NCBI GenBank assembly: GCA_963752565.1
Contig: CAVVZC010000018.1
Location: 7,039 to 71,038, forward strand
Direction of reading: 5' to 3'
Length of the DNA stretch: 64,000 bases
Source of the DNA: an uncultured delta proteobacterium
GTDB taxonomy: Bacteria > Desulfobacterota > Desulfobacteria > Desulfobacterales > UBA11574
Shown here: one piece after another, positions 9,406 through 17,999 of the stretch
Layout of the letters: each line of letters begins with the position of its first letter
How positions within the stretch are numbered: position 1 is the first letter of the stretch
The notes under the pieces: generated by a model
Told to the model about the DNA's origin: nothing
Databases searched by the model: none
Seen by the model: only the letters and a program-made list of their open reading frames with translations
Made by a program: the position numbers and the translations under genes

Positions 9406-10100
9406 GGGACACCTCCCTTTTGTTTGGGTTATACACCACGGGAGGTCAGCTCATTTGCCGATGAACCTCTGCAAATAGAAAACGCCTTAGCAACAATAGT
9501 ATGAAGGCGTTTGCTGGTACCTTCGGTAGCCCGGCTATCACGGCCCTTGGAGCTTTTGACCCGTGGCTTTGCGTCACTGCCTTTCGACAGCTTTGCCCTT
9601 TCGTTGGTAAATTTATAAAGCAATATGATAGTACACTTCAAAGACAAAGTCAAGTATTATAGCGATTGGCACAATAATGGCCTGCTTGCCTGCTGATCAC
9701 GAAACGGTTTCGGAATACATTTATTAAAACCGTTATGTATGAAAATTTCTGATGGTCGATTTGACTTTCGAGAGCTAAAGTGATTTGCTAATAAAATCGT
9801 GTAACCTGAATCTTGCATGAATATTAATGAGAATCTTTATCATCTTTATTTGAAGCGGGTTTAAACAACATCATAGCATCATACATTTTACCCAAAGGAT
9901 ATTGGAGGCTTCATCTCCCCGCGGGGATCTTAGACTGCGTTTGAGACATTTCAGTCCCCTGAAAGCGTTACGGCTGCATGTCTCATGCGATAGAGATCTA
10001 GGCATCACACCGGCAACACCGCCAAAGGCGGGCAAGCCTCTACAATCGCTCAATTTAGTTTTAGTAAAAAGACTATTTTGTGAAAAAGACGAAAACGTAT

Positions 10101-11216
10101 ATGAAAAAAACGATTTTTCTTGTTTTGGCAATCGTACTGGTTTTGACATTTGAGGCTTTTGATGCTTCGCCCAATCCCCTGGATCTTCCTTCTTTGCTGA
10201 CATCTGTTAAAAATATGGATACCCTCTCCTTTTGCGGAGAACGGGTTCCCATTGAAAACCAGGAGGTTCTGGAACGGCTGGAAAAGGAGCTTTTGCTATC
10301 CCTTGGAGATCGACCCCAGGTGATTCTGTGGTTGAAGCGCTCCCGCCGATATCTGCCGTATATTGAAAAAATGTTGAAGGAAAACAATATGCCGGAGGAT
10401 CTCAAGTATATGGCCATTGCCGAAAGCGCCCTTCTCCCCCATGCCGGCTCTAAAAAAGGGGCCATTGGATTTTGGCAGATTCTACCCGCTACAGGTCGCA
10501 GGTACGGGCTGATTATTGATGATACCATTGATGAGAGACGAAATATATTTGCCTCTACCCGGGCTGCAATAGCGCATTTAAAGACACTCTATGAATTGAT
10601 GGGGTCCTGGACCCTTTCAGCCGCTGCCTACAACATGGGTGAAGAAGGGCTGGAAGCCGAAATCATGGTGCAACACACCTGGGATTATTACCGTCTCTAT
10701 TTGCCCCTTGAAACCCAGCGATTCATATTCCGCATTCTTTCGGCCAAACTGATTCTTTCGGAACCTGATCGATTCGGCTTTAATCTCACGGATACAGATT
10801 ATTATCCGCCTCTTGAATTCGACCGAATCAGCATTGACTGTTTTCAAGAAATTCCGCTGAGCCTTGTTGCAAAGGCGTCTAAAACGGACTTTAAAGTCAT
10901 CAAGGACCTCAATCCCGAAATTCGAGGACACTACCTCACCGAAGGCACCCATTCGATTCTGATTCCCAAAGGGGCGAATAATGGATTTAACGAGCGTTAT
11001 AAGAAACTGGTTAAGGAATATGAGGGAAAGAGGACAGATCGGATTTACATCATTAAAGAGGGGGATAACTTATCATCCATTGCCGATAAATTCGATGTAC
11101 CCCTGGCGGTTCTTATTATCTGGAACCGTCTTGACTTGAACAAGCCTATCCACCCGGGAGACCGGCTGATTATTTATCCGAAGTCCAATATTGTCAGACA
11201 GGACAAACAGGATTGA
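10101..11216 (+). CDS. Lytic transglycosylase (SLT/MltD-like) with C-terminal LysM domain
   Basis: Signal peptide MKKTIFLVLAIVLVLTFEAFDA. SLT catalytic region AIAESALLPHAGSKKGAIGFWQILPATGRRYG. C-terminal LysM YIIKEGDNLSSIADKFDVPLAVLIIWN. The ATG at 10101 is preferred over the GTG at 10080. Confidence 0.85.
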   Translation: MKKTIFLVLAIVLVLTFEAFDASPNPLDLPSLLTSVKNMDTLSFCGERVPIENQEVLERLEKELLLSLGDRPQVILWLKRSRRYLPYIEKMLKENNMPEDLKYMAIAESALLPHAGSKKGAIGFWQILPATGRRYGLIIDDTIDERRNIFASTRAAIAHLKTLYELMGSWTLSAAAYNMGEEGLEAEIMVQHTWDYYRLYLPLETQRFIFRILSAKLILSEPDRFGFNLTDTDYYPPLEFDRISIDCFQEIPLSLVAKASKTDFKVIKDLNPEIRGHYLTEGTHSILIPKGANNGFNERYKKLVKEYEGKRTDRIYIIKEGDNLSSIADKFDVPLAVLIIWNRLDLNKPIHPGDRLIIYPKSNIVRQDKQD

Positions 11217-11243
11217 CAGGATATTTTTTCATCCATCAGGGGA

Positions 11244-14200
11244 TTACCATTTAACAGGAATACGAACCGTTTTTTTAGCCTTGTTGGTAAAAAGCAGATA
11301 TCCGTTTTTTTGACCGTATAGAAAAAGATCCCTCGTGATCTCTACATCTTTTTTGCAGTAATCGATGATTTCCCGCATCCGTCCCTGTTTCCACCACTGA
11401 AGGGCCTGAAGGCCGTCTGCCGTCTTTTTTTGACCCAGGGTCACTTTGGCAAGATGGTTCAGAGAGAGTCTGTAACCGAGACGATAGTGGACGTCTTCTA
11501 AGATATCTACGGTGGGAAGTTTTTCAAAATTAAAATCCGAATACCCGGCAAGCACCCTGAAATCAAATCGTTTTACGTTGAACCCTACCACCAGATCGCA
11601 TTTTTGAAAATGTTCGATGAGCTGATCCACCTGATCATCTAAAAATTCAAAATATTTATCTTTTTTTGAGTCATACAATACGGCACAGCTCATTTTCATT
11701 AAATCCGCTCGATGCCAGCCGCCCACCTCCTGGGCAGATCGCTGTGTCTCGATGTCGAAGATACAAAATCGAGTGCCCGACCCTTTGAGCGGAGCCTGGT
11801 CTATTGACGGGGTTTTACACGCATCTTTGAATGCCCTGCGCCTTGCGAGCATTCTTTTTCGTAGCCGCCCCTTGTGGCCGGCAGATTTTTTGCTCCGATC
11901 CATTACCGCTGTTTTCTTCTGAAATGATGTGACCTTTACAGGAGATCGAAATTCTTTTTCTTTAGACCGTGTATCTGCTGGATATGTTTCCGGCATTGCA
12001 GCATCTTGCGCTGATATGAGTTTGTTCAACAGAAAAATCGCTGAAGCCTTGTCAATGGGCCGGTTTCCGGACCCGCATTTTGGGGAATGCACACACGACG
12101 GACAACCTGTCTCACACGGGCATGCGCGAATCACTTTAATGGTATTTTCGAGTAGTTCTGTTGCTTTTTTAAAGGCCTGCCTGCTCAGGCCGGCGCCCCC
12201 TGGAACCCCGTCGTAAATAAATACCGCTGCGCTACCCACCTGAGGGTGATGGGGAGTGGCGATACCCCCAAGGTCATTTCTATCCGCCATCACCAAAAGG
12301 GGAAAAATACCGATGGCCGCATGTTCAATGGCATGAATCCCGCCCATAAAATGTAAATACTGTGCTTCAGCCTGTCTTTGAATCTGAGCAGGAATTTTAA
12401 ACCACAGGCCTTCGGTCTCAAATATCAGTGGCGGAAGTGTCAGCGGCGTGATGCTCAACTTTTTTTTGGCATGTATACGCCATTTTTCATATCCAATTAC
12501 TTGATCTGTAACTTTAAGTCGTCCAAAATATACATCTGTATTTAATAATGTTTTAATGTCGTAGATTTCGAGTATTTCCGTATTTTTCTCAGACCGCACC
12601 CGGGTATAATAATCGACCTTGGCCCTGGACACCTTTACGGTCTTTGTGTCCAGATCCAGGGTGTTGACCAGAAAAGTGTTGCCCTTATGAAGATAAATGG
12701 CCCCGGGATGGGTCTCTTTGAAGGCTCTGAATTCATCGATCTCCCCTTTGTGTTTCCCGGTTTTGCTGCTCACAATATTATAGCGGGTTCCGGTTCCCCT
12801 GAGATCCACATGTCGGTGAGGCGCCAGCCGGCTGGAATAGAGTTGAGTCCCATCTTCACTTCTTAAAAGTGCACCGCTTTTCTCGAGACCAAATACGACC
12901 TTTTCAACATGTTCGTCCAGCAGGAACGGTTCACTCGATTTTAGCGGCAGCTCGGCTGCTGCACAGGTGATATGCCTGGACATAATCTCGGTATTGTGCG
13001 GGTTGATCACGGCGGCTTCGGGCTCCCGATTCAGAAAATCTTCCGGATGGCGCATAAAATACTGATCCAGGGCATCTTCCCCGGCAATCAGGACCAGGGT
13101 GGAATCCTGTCCGCTGCGCCCTACTCTGCCGCCCCGTTGCCACGTCGCCACCACCGTACCAGGATACCCCACCAGAAGGCACAGATCCAAATCGCCAATA
13201 TCAATGCCGAGTTCTAAAGCACTGGTGGATATCACCGCCAACAGGTCGCCTTTGGCCAGCTTTGCTTCGATCTCCCTTCGTTCTTCAGGAAGAAATCCAG
13301 CCCGATAGGCACTAATCCGTTGTGCATATGGACCGGATTGACTTCCGGCCCAGATGGCAATTAACTCGGTCAGTTTTCTCGACTGGGCATAAACAATGGT
13401 ACGTAAGCCCCGGTGGAGCGCAGCTTTGAGCAAAAGTATGGCGGTCTGTGCCGGGCCCTGAACCGGGTTGATAAAGACAACGTGTTTTTTGCCCAAAGGG
13501 GCACCGCTTTTTGTGATGGTTTCGACCTTTAGCCCTGTGAGTTGCTCGGTAAGCTGGGCGGGATTGGACACGGTGGCGGAACAAAAAACAAATGTCGGAT
13601 CAGCACTGTAAAACGAACATATTCTTTGAAACCGTCTGAAAACCTGGGCCATGTGCGATCCCATGATGCCCCGATAGGTATGCACTTCATCCACCACCAC
13701 CATATCCAGATTGCAAAAAAAATCAGCCCATTTTTGATGATGGGGCAACAATGAAAGGTGAATCATTTCAGGGTTGGTCAAAAGAATATTGGGCGGGGCC
13801 TCCCTTATCCGTTTTCGATGCCAGGCAGAGGTGTCTCCGTCGTAAATGGCGATTTTAGATTTTACGTCTTTGTTGTGTTTCATTAGGGCTTCAAATGTAC
13901 GAAGCTGATCCTGGGCAAGGGCCTTCAAAGGAAAAATATACAGTGCTTTGGAATCCGGGTTTTTAATTATATTTTCCACTACTGTGAGATTGTAAATCAG
14001 CGTCTTTCCGCTGGCAGTGGGGGTCGCAACCACTATATGACGACCGGACCGGATGAAATCGATGGCGTCCGCCTGATGCCGGTAAAGATCACGTATGCCT
14101 GCGGATTGAACCATACGATCTATTATTTGGGGCCATGGCTTCTCGGGTTTTGATACCCGAGCAGGGTGATCCGGCAATACGGTATGATACACCACCTGGT

Positions 14201-14264
14201 TTCCCAACCGTTTGGAAGAAATGAGGGATTGAATATACTCCTTAATGTCATTTTTTTGATGCAT
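11244..14264 (-). CDS. DEAD/DEAH-box helicase with DUF1998 zinc module (MrfA/YprA-like) fused to a C-terminal DEDDy RNase-H-fold exonuclease domain (MrfB/YprB-like)
   Basis: Walker A TPTASGKT, DEVH box, helicase C (TSALELGIDIG...QRGGRVGR) and 4-Cys module CPCETGCPSCVHSPKC. A basic linker follows. The last 176 aa carry exo motifs FDIET, GFNVKRFDFRVL and YCKKD. Confidence 0.85.
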   Translation of the reverse strand: MHQKNDIKEYIQSLISSKRLGNQVVYHTVLPDHPARVSKPEKPWPQIIDRMVQSAGIRDLYRHQADAIDFIRSGRHIVVATPTASGKTLIYNLTVVENIIKNPDSKALYIFPLKALAQDQLRTFEALMKHNKDVKSKIAIYDGDTSAWHRKRIREAPPNILLTNPEMIHLSLLPHHQKWADFFCNLDMVVVDEVHTYRGIMGSHMAQVFRRFQRICSFYSADPTFVFCSATVSNPAQLTEQLTGLKVETITKSGAPLGKKHVVFINPVQGPAQTAILLLKAALHRGLRTIVYAQSRKLTELIAIWAGSQSGPYAQRISAYRAGFLPEERREIEAKLAKGDLLAVISTSALELGIDIGDLDLCLLVGYPGTVVATWQRGGRVGRSGQDSTLVLIAGEDALDQYFMRHPEDFLNREPEAAVINPHNTEIMSRHITCAAAELPLKSSEPFLLDEHVEKVVFGLEKSGALLRSEDGTQLYSSRLAPHRHVDLRGTGTRYNIVSSKTGKHKGEIDEFRAFKETHPGAIYLHKGNTFLVNTLDLDTKTVKVSRAKVDYYTRVRSEKNTEILEIYDIKTLLNTDVYFGRLKVTDQVIGYEKWRIHAKKKLSITPLTLPPLIFETEGLWFKIPAQIQRQAEAQYLHFMGGIHAIEHAAIGIFPLLVMADRNDLGGIATPHHPQVGSAAVFIYDGVPGGAGLSRQAFKKATELLENTIKVIRACPCETGCPSCVHSPKCGSGNRPIDKASAIFLLNKLISAQDAAMPETYPADTRSKEKEFRSPVKVTSFQKKTAVMDRSKKSAGHKGRLRKRMLARRRAFKDACKTPSIDQAPLKGSGTRFCIFDIETQRSAQEVGGWHRADLMKMSCAVLYDSKKDKYFEFLDDQVDQLIEHFQKCDLVVGFNVKRFDFRVLAGYSDFNFEKLPTVDILEDVHYRLGYRLSLNHLAKVTLGQKKTADGLQALQWWKQGRMREIIDYCKKDVEITRDLFLYGQKNGYLLFTNKAKKTVRIPVKW

Positions 14265-14538
14265 AAATTCGCAAAATCACGTTCAATTTGAGTTTATTGA
14301 CTTGAAAAATGGAAAATCTGCATGTATTATACAGGCCGAACCATTTGATGGTATCATGACAAGCTACCGTAGTTTAAACCGATCAACAAATAAGATATAG
14401 TGTCATCATATTGCATGACACATTTTTCTTTTCAAGAGAAATAAGAGACCTGTTCTAAATGGAACATTTCAGGACCCATACCTTCAAAAAGAATTTAATC
14501 GTTTGTTCTCGAGGATTTTGTAAAAACTCATTGGTATC

Positions 14539-15759
14539 ATGATAAACCAAATTATTGTATTGATTGTGTTGCTGTTTCTATCCGGTTTTTTCTCTTCTGC
14601 AGAAACCGCCCTTTTCTCCATAAGTAGAACAAAAGCCAGGCATCTGGCCAAGAATAAACACAAGTCCTACATTCTGATCAAACAGATGAAAGACGATCCG
14701 CATCGACTCCTTTCCACGGTTTTGATCGGAAACAATATCGTCAATGTGGGTGCAGCCGCCCTGGCAACATCCGTTACCATTCATTATTTCCCAAATTATG
14801 CAGTTGGTGTCGCCACCGGTGTCATGACCTTTCTGATTCTGGTTTTCGGAGAAGTATTGCCCAAATCCGTCGCCACACGAAATAATATTTTGATTGCAAG
14901 AATGGCTATATATCCCATATATTGGTTCTCAATTTTTTGTTATCCCGTTGTTATTTTTTTAAATTTTATTCCAAAACTCACCGGAAAGATTAAAAAGACC
15001 CCCACTGTAACCGAACAAGAGCTGATGACCTTTGTTGAGGTGGTTGAAGAAGAAGGTGAAATTAAAGAAGAAGAAAAGGAACTGATCCACAACATTTTTG
15101 AGTTCGATGATACCAATGCTTCGGAAATCATGGCGCCAAGGGCGGACATGTTCGTTATCGAGGCAGATGAAAAACTGAACCTGGAAGATATCGTCAAGTC
15201 GGGTTTTACCAGAATTCCGGTTATCGAGGACGATATTGACCATGTCATCGGCATTATTAACATAAAAGATCTTTTTTTGCATGAAATTACCTCCGGTAAC
15301 GACATTGATGTCCGTAAAATTATGACCGCCCCCTATTTTGTTCCTGAAAATAAAAAGCTTGACAAGCTGCTTCATCAATTCAAAAAAAGAAAACACCATA
15401 TGGCCATTGTTGTGGATGAACATGGCGGCGTATCCGGCTTGATCACCCTTGAAGACGCCCTGGAAGAGATTGTGGGAGAAATAAGCGATGAAACCGACAG
15501 GGAAGAACCGCATATTGTCAAACACAAAATAAAAGAATGGGTCGTTCTTGGAAAGTCTGATATAGACGAAATCAACGAAACCATCGGGATGGACATTCCA
15601 GATTCTAAAGATTACGACACTTTTTCCGGATATGTTTTAAATACCATTGGAAGAATCCCCGAAGAAAAGGAAAAATTCACGTTTGGGAAATACAGTGTCA
15701 CCGTGGAAGAAATGGATGGAAATAGAATAAAGAAATACAGTATCAAGCAACAACCATGA
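14539..15759 (+). CDS. CNNM/HlyC-CorC family transporter (DUF21 + CBS pair + CorC_HlyC)
   Basis: 406 aa with an N-terminal 4-TM DUF21 (FFSSAETALFS), a CBS region (IMAPRADMF...RIPV...VIGIINIKDL) and a C-terminal transporter-associated domain. Confidence 0.85.
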   Translation: MINQIIVLIVLLFLSGFFSSAETALFSISRTKARHLAKNKHKSYILIKQMKDDPHRLLSTVLIGNNIVNVGAAALATSVTIHYFPNYAVGVATGVMTFLILVFGEVLPKSVATRNNILIARMAIYPIYWFSIFCYPVVIFLNFIPKLTGKIKKTPTVTEQELMTFVEVVEEEGEIKEEEKELIHNIFEFDDTNASEIMAPRADMFVIEADEKLNLEDIVKSGFTRIPVIEDDIDHVIGIINIKDLFLHEITSGNDIDVRKIMTAPYFVPENKKLDKLLHQFKKRKHHMAIVVDEHGGVSGLITLEDALEEIVGEISDETDREEPHIVKHKIKEWVVLGKSDIDEINETIGMDIPDSKDYDTFSGYVLNTIGRIPEEKEKFTFGKYSVTVEEMDGNRIKKYSIKQQP

Positions 15760-16313
15760 AATTTGATCAGATACTCAATACCAGAAGATCTGTGAGATCT
15801 TTTGATTCAAGGTTGGTCAGCGAAAACGACATCATTTCTATGATCGAAGCCGCACGTCTTGCCCCGTCTGCCTGCAACAGCCAAACCTGGCGTTTCGTCT
15901 TCGTAACCCAACGTAAAATTATTCGAAAAATTTGTCATGAAGCCATGCGGCCCGTTATTCCAAATAAGTGGCTCGAACAGGCGCCACTGTTGATTGTGGG
16001 ATGCTCCCAGCTGGATATTATTGCAAATCGTATCGGCGGCCGTGTTACCGGCATCGAATATTACCAGATCGATCTGGGCATCGCCATGGAACACATGGTG
16101 TTAAAAGCCACGGAACGCGGCCTTGGGACCTGCTGGATCGGCTGGTTTGATGAAAACAAGCTCAAAGACATCCTTGAAATACCCAAAAAAGTAAAGGTCT
16201 CCGCTTTGCTGGCAGTGGGGTATCCAAAAGATGCGCCCGGAAAAACAAGAAAAAGAAAACCCACAGAAAAAATAGCTTTTTCTGAAAAATGGGGAAAACC
16301 CCTCACTCCTTAA
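15756..16313 (+). CDS. Nitroreductase family protein
   Basis: RRSVRSF...APSACNSQTWRF motif at the N-terminus. 185 aa. ATGA overlap with the preceding gene. Confidence 0.8.
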   Translation: MKFDQILNTRRSVRSFDSRLVSENDIISMIEAARLAPSACNSQTWRFVFVTQRKIIRKICHEAMRPVIPNKWLEQAPLLIVGCSQLDIIANRIGGRVTGIEYYQIDLGIAMEHMVLKATERGLGTCWIGWFDENKLKDILEIPKKVKVSALLAVGYPKDAPGKTRKRKPTEKIAFSEKWGKPLTP

Positions 16314-16866
16314 CCCTTTCCACATATTCCCCGGTCCGGGTATCTATACGAATAAGTTCACCCTCTTCAATAAAGGGGGGAACCTGGATCGGATATCCCG
16401 TTTCCAGCGTTGCCGGCTTTGTGCTGCCCGAGGCGGTGTCTCCCTTTGCCCAGGGATCTGCTTTTTCAATCCTTAAGTCCACAAATATAGGCAACGATAT
16501 TTCAATGGGATTCCCTTTAAATAAAAGAACATTACAGACCGTATTTTCTTTTAATAAATTGATGGCATCACCCAGCTGATCTTTGCTGAGAAAGATCTGG
16601 TCATAGGTCGCTGTATTCATAAACCAGTACTGCTCACCATCTAAATACAAATATTCCATTTCATGATCTTCCAGGTGAGGCTCGTCGAATTTATCGCTGG
16701 ATCTAAAGGTTCGATCAAACTGAGCACCGGTCAAAAGGTTCTTGAGCTTGCACTTGTAATAGGCTTTGCCTTTGCCGGGTTTTAAAAATGCATACTGAAC
16801 CACCACATATGGGTCTCCATCGATTTCGATTTTTAGACCTTTTCTCAAATCACTGCTATTATACAT
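16303..16866 (-). CDS. efp: Elongation factor P
   Basis: 187 aa, SSDLRKGLKIEIDGDPYVVV...KPGKGKAYYKCKLKNLLTG, canonical EF-P. Confidence 0.95.
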   Translation of the reverse strand: MYNSSDLRKGLKIEIDGDPYVVVQYAFLKPGKGKAYYKCKLKNLLTGAQFDRTFRSSDKFDEPHLEDHEMEYLYLDGEQYWFMNTATYDQIFLSKDQLGDAINLLKENTVCNVLLFKGNPIEISLPIFVDLRIEKADPWAKGDTASGSTKPATLETGYPIQVPPFIEEGELIRIDTRTGEYVERVKE

Positions 16867-16970
16867 GAGTTTGTTGCTCCTTTATTAAATTATTGGACAG
16901 CGTAATCTTTTGAATATTATAATATTTTTTTCAGTTAGTGCTTTACATTTAATGTCCTGGCCATCTGTGT

Positions 16971-17747
16971 TTACCTGCGTTCAATAGCCTTCTCTGCCCT
17001 GCGGGCCTCATCAACCATTTGTTTGACCTTTTCGAGGTCTTTTTTGAACCGTATTGAACGCCCCTTAGAGTCCAATACATTGGTTCCGGTACAACTGTCG
17101 ACGCCTGCCGGCTTAACCTGCATAATGCCGTCAAAGACATTGTCAGGTGTGATGCCCCCTGCCAATATCACAGGAATATGACTTGACTGTACCAGTTGCG
17201 CAGCCACGTCCCAGTTGCATGTCTTGCCGGTGATGCCCACGAAACCTTTGACCGGCTGAAGATCAAAAATAGATCCAGATGATTTTACAATCAGAGTATC
17301 TGTCAAAAAATAATCGCTGACCGCCTCGAACATGCGCGCCAGCTCAAGGGTTTCTCCTTGGTTCGGCACTTTGGGTTGAGGAATCGGAATCGATCGCATA
17401 ATTTTAATCTCAGGGAATCTTTTTTTAATGTTTTTCTGCAACAATACAAGTTTTTTACAGGATGCGCTGGGACCATTTTCAAGGGTTATCGCTTCACAAA
17501 AATGGATAATATCGGGTTTGTAGTAATCGAGCATGAAACATATGGTCACAAGATCATCAAACAGCGGTATCAAGCTGCTCCAGCCATCTTTTCCCTGAAC
17601 CAAGTGTACGGTATCTCTGATGGAAGGAACTTTCCACGATTCCTGTGATACAATAACACTGCCGATATGATCAACGCCGAGAACCATCAGTTTTTCAGCT
17701 TCGGAAGGTGTTTGTACCTCATAAATCTGGACAATTATTTTATTCAT
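16971..17747 (-). CDS. Phosphoribosylanthranilate isomerase (TrpF)-like TIM-barrel protein, atypically long
   Basis: The C-terminal half has PRAI-like motifs GITGKTCNWDVA...VILAGGITPDNV...GVDSCTGTN. At 258 aa it is longer than a typical TrpF, and no trp genes are adjacent. Confidence 0.55.
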   Translation of the reverse strand: MNKIIVQIYEVQTPSEAEKLMVLGVDHIGSVIVSQESWKVPSIRDTVHLVQGKDGWSSLIPLFDDLVTICFMLDYYKPDIIHFCEAITLENGPSASCKKLVLLQKNIKKRFPEIKIMRSIPIPQPKVPNQGETLELARMFEAVSDYFLTDTLIVKSSGSIFDLQPVKGFVGITGKTCNWDVAAQLVQSSHIPVILAGGITPDNVFDGIMQVKPAGVDSCTGTNVLDSKGRSIRFKKDLEKVKQMVDEARRAEKAIERR

Positions 17748-17824
17748 TGATCTTTTTCGCAGGGGTCACGTATTCAGCCCAACTTCTCAACCCATAAACA
17801 AGTTGATAGTTTTTAACATAAAAG

Positions 17825-17853
17825 TTGACATTTCAGGCCGTTTCTAACATATT
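17825..17853 (+). promoter_or_regulatory. Candidate sigma-70 promoter for guaA
   Basis: TTGACA (17825-17830), a 17-nt spacer, then CATATT (17848-17853). Confidence 0.35.
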
Positions 17854-17916
17854 CAGCATGTTTCTGCAAATTGTTTACTTAAACCGTTTTATGGGGTACA
17901 CTGTCTATAAATTCCA

Positions 17917-17956
17917 CCGAAGCTGAGCGTTTCAAATTTTAAACGCTCAGCTTCGG
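17917..17956 (+). promoter_or_regulatory. Perfect 16-bp stem hairpin in the guaA leader
   Basis: CCGAAGCTGAGCGTTT (17917-17932), an 8-nt loop, then AAACGCTCAGCTTCGG (17941-17956). No T-run follows. It lies 44 nt upstream of the guaA ATG. Confidence 0.8.
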
Positions 17957-17999
17957 TTCCAGCTTGAATCCTGCCGAAAAGAGCAATAAGAGGAAATCC

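Noticed and set aside
9429-9653. 74-aa minus-strand ORF in the intergenic region downstream of nothing recognisable
   Set aside because: It has no SD, a low-complexity basic composition and no recognisable motif. The region is better described as non-coding of unknown function.
9900-10060. c-di-AMP (ydaO) or c-di-GMP (GEMM) riboswitch upstream of the lytic transglycosylase
   Set aside because: The conserved cores I remember are absent, namely GGGGUGAAUC / CCCGAACCCG...AGCUAACC for ydaO and GGCAAACC...GGGACGCAAAGCC for GEMM-I. The region is kept only as an unclassified structured region.
12931-13584. Several 70-95-aa ORFs on both strands inside the helicase gene, and similar ones inside the giant pilin, GspE, secA, clpA, ileS and liv genes
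   Set aside because: They are embedded in or antisense to long ORFs with clear family signatures. They have biased Arg/Pro/Gly composition typical of off-frame readings and no SD.
17964-17999. TTG start extending guaA by 12 residues
   Set aside because: The extension (MNPAEKSNKRKS) precedes the conserved GATase N-terminus. The ATG at 18000 has a good SD (AAGAGGA), and the TTG sits immediately after the leader hairpin.
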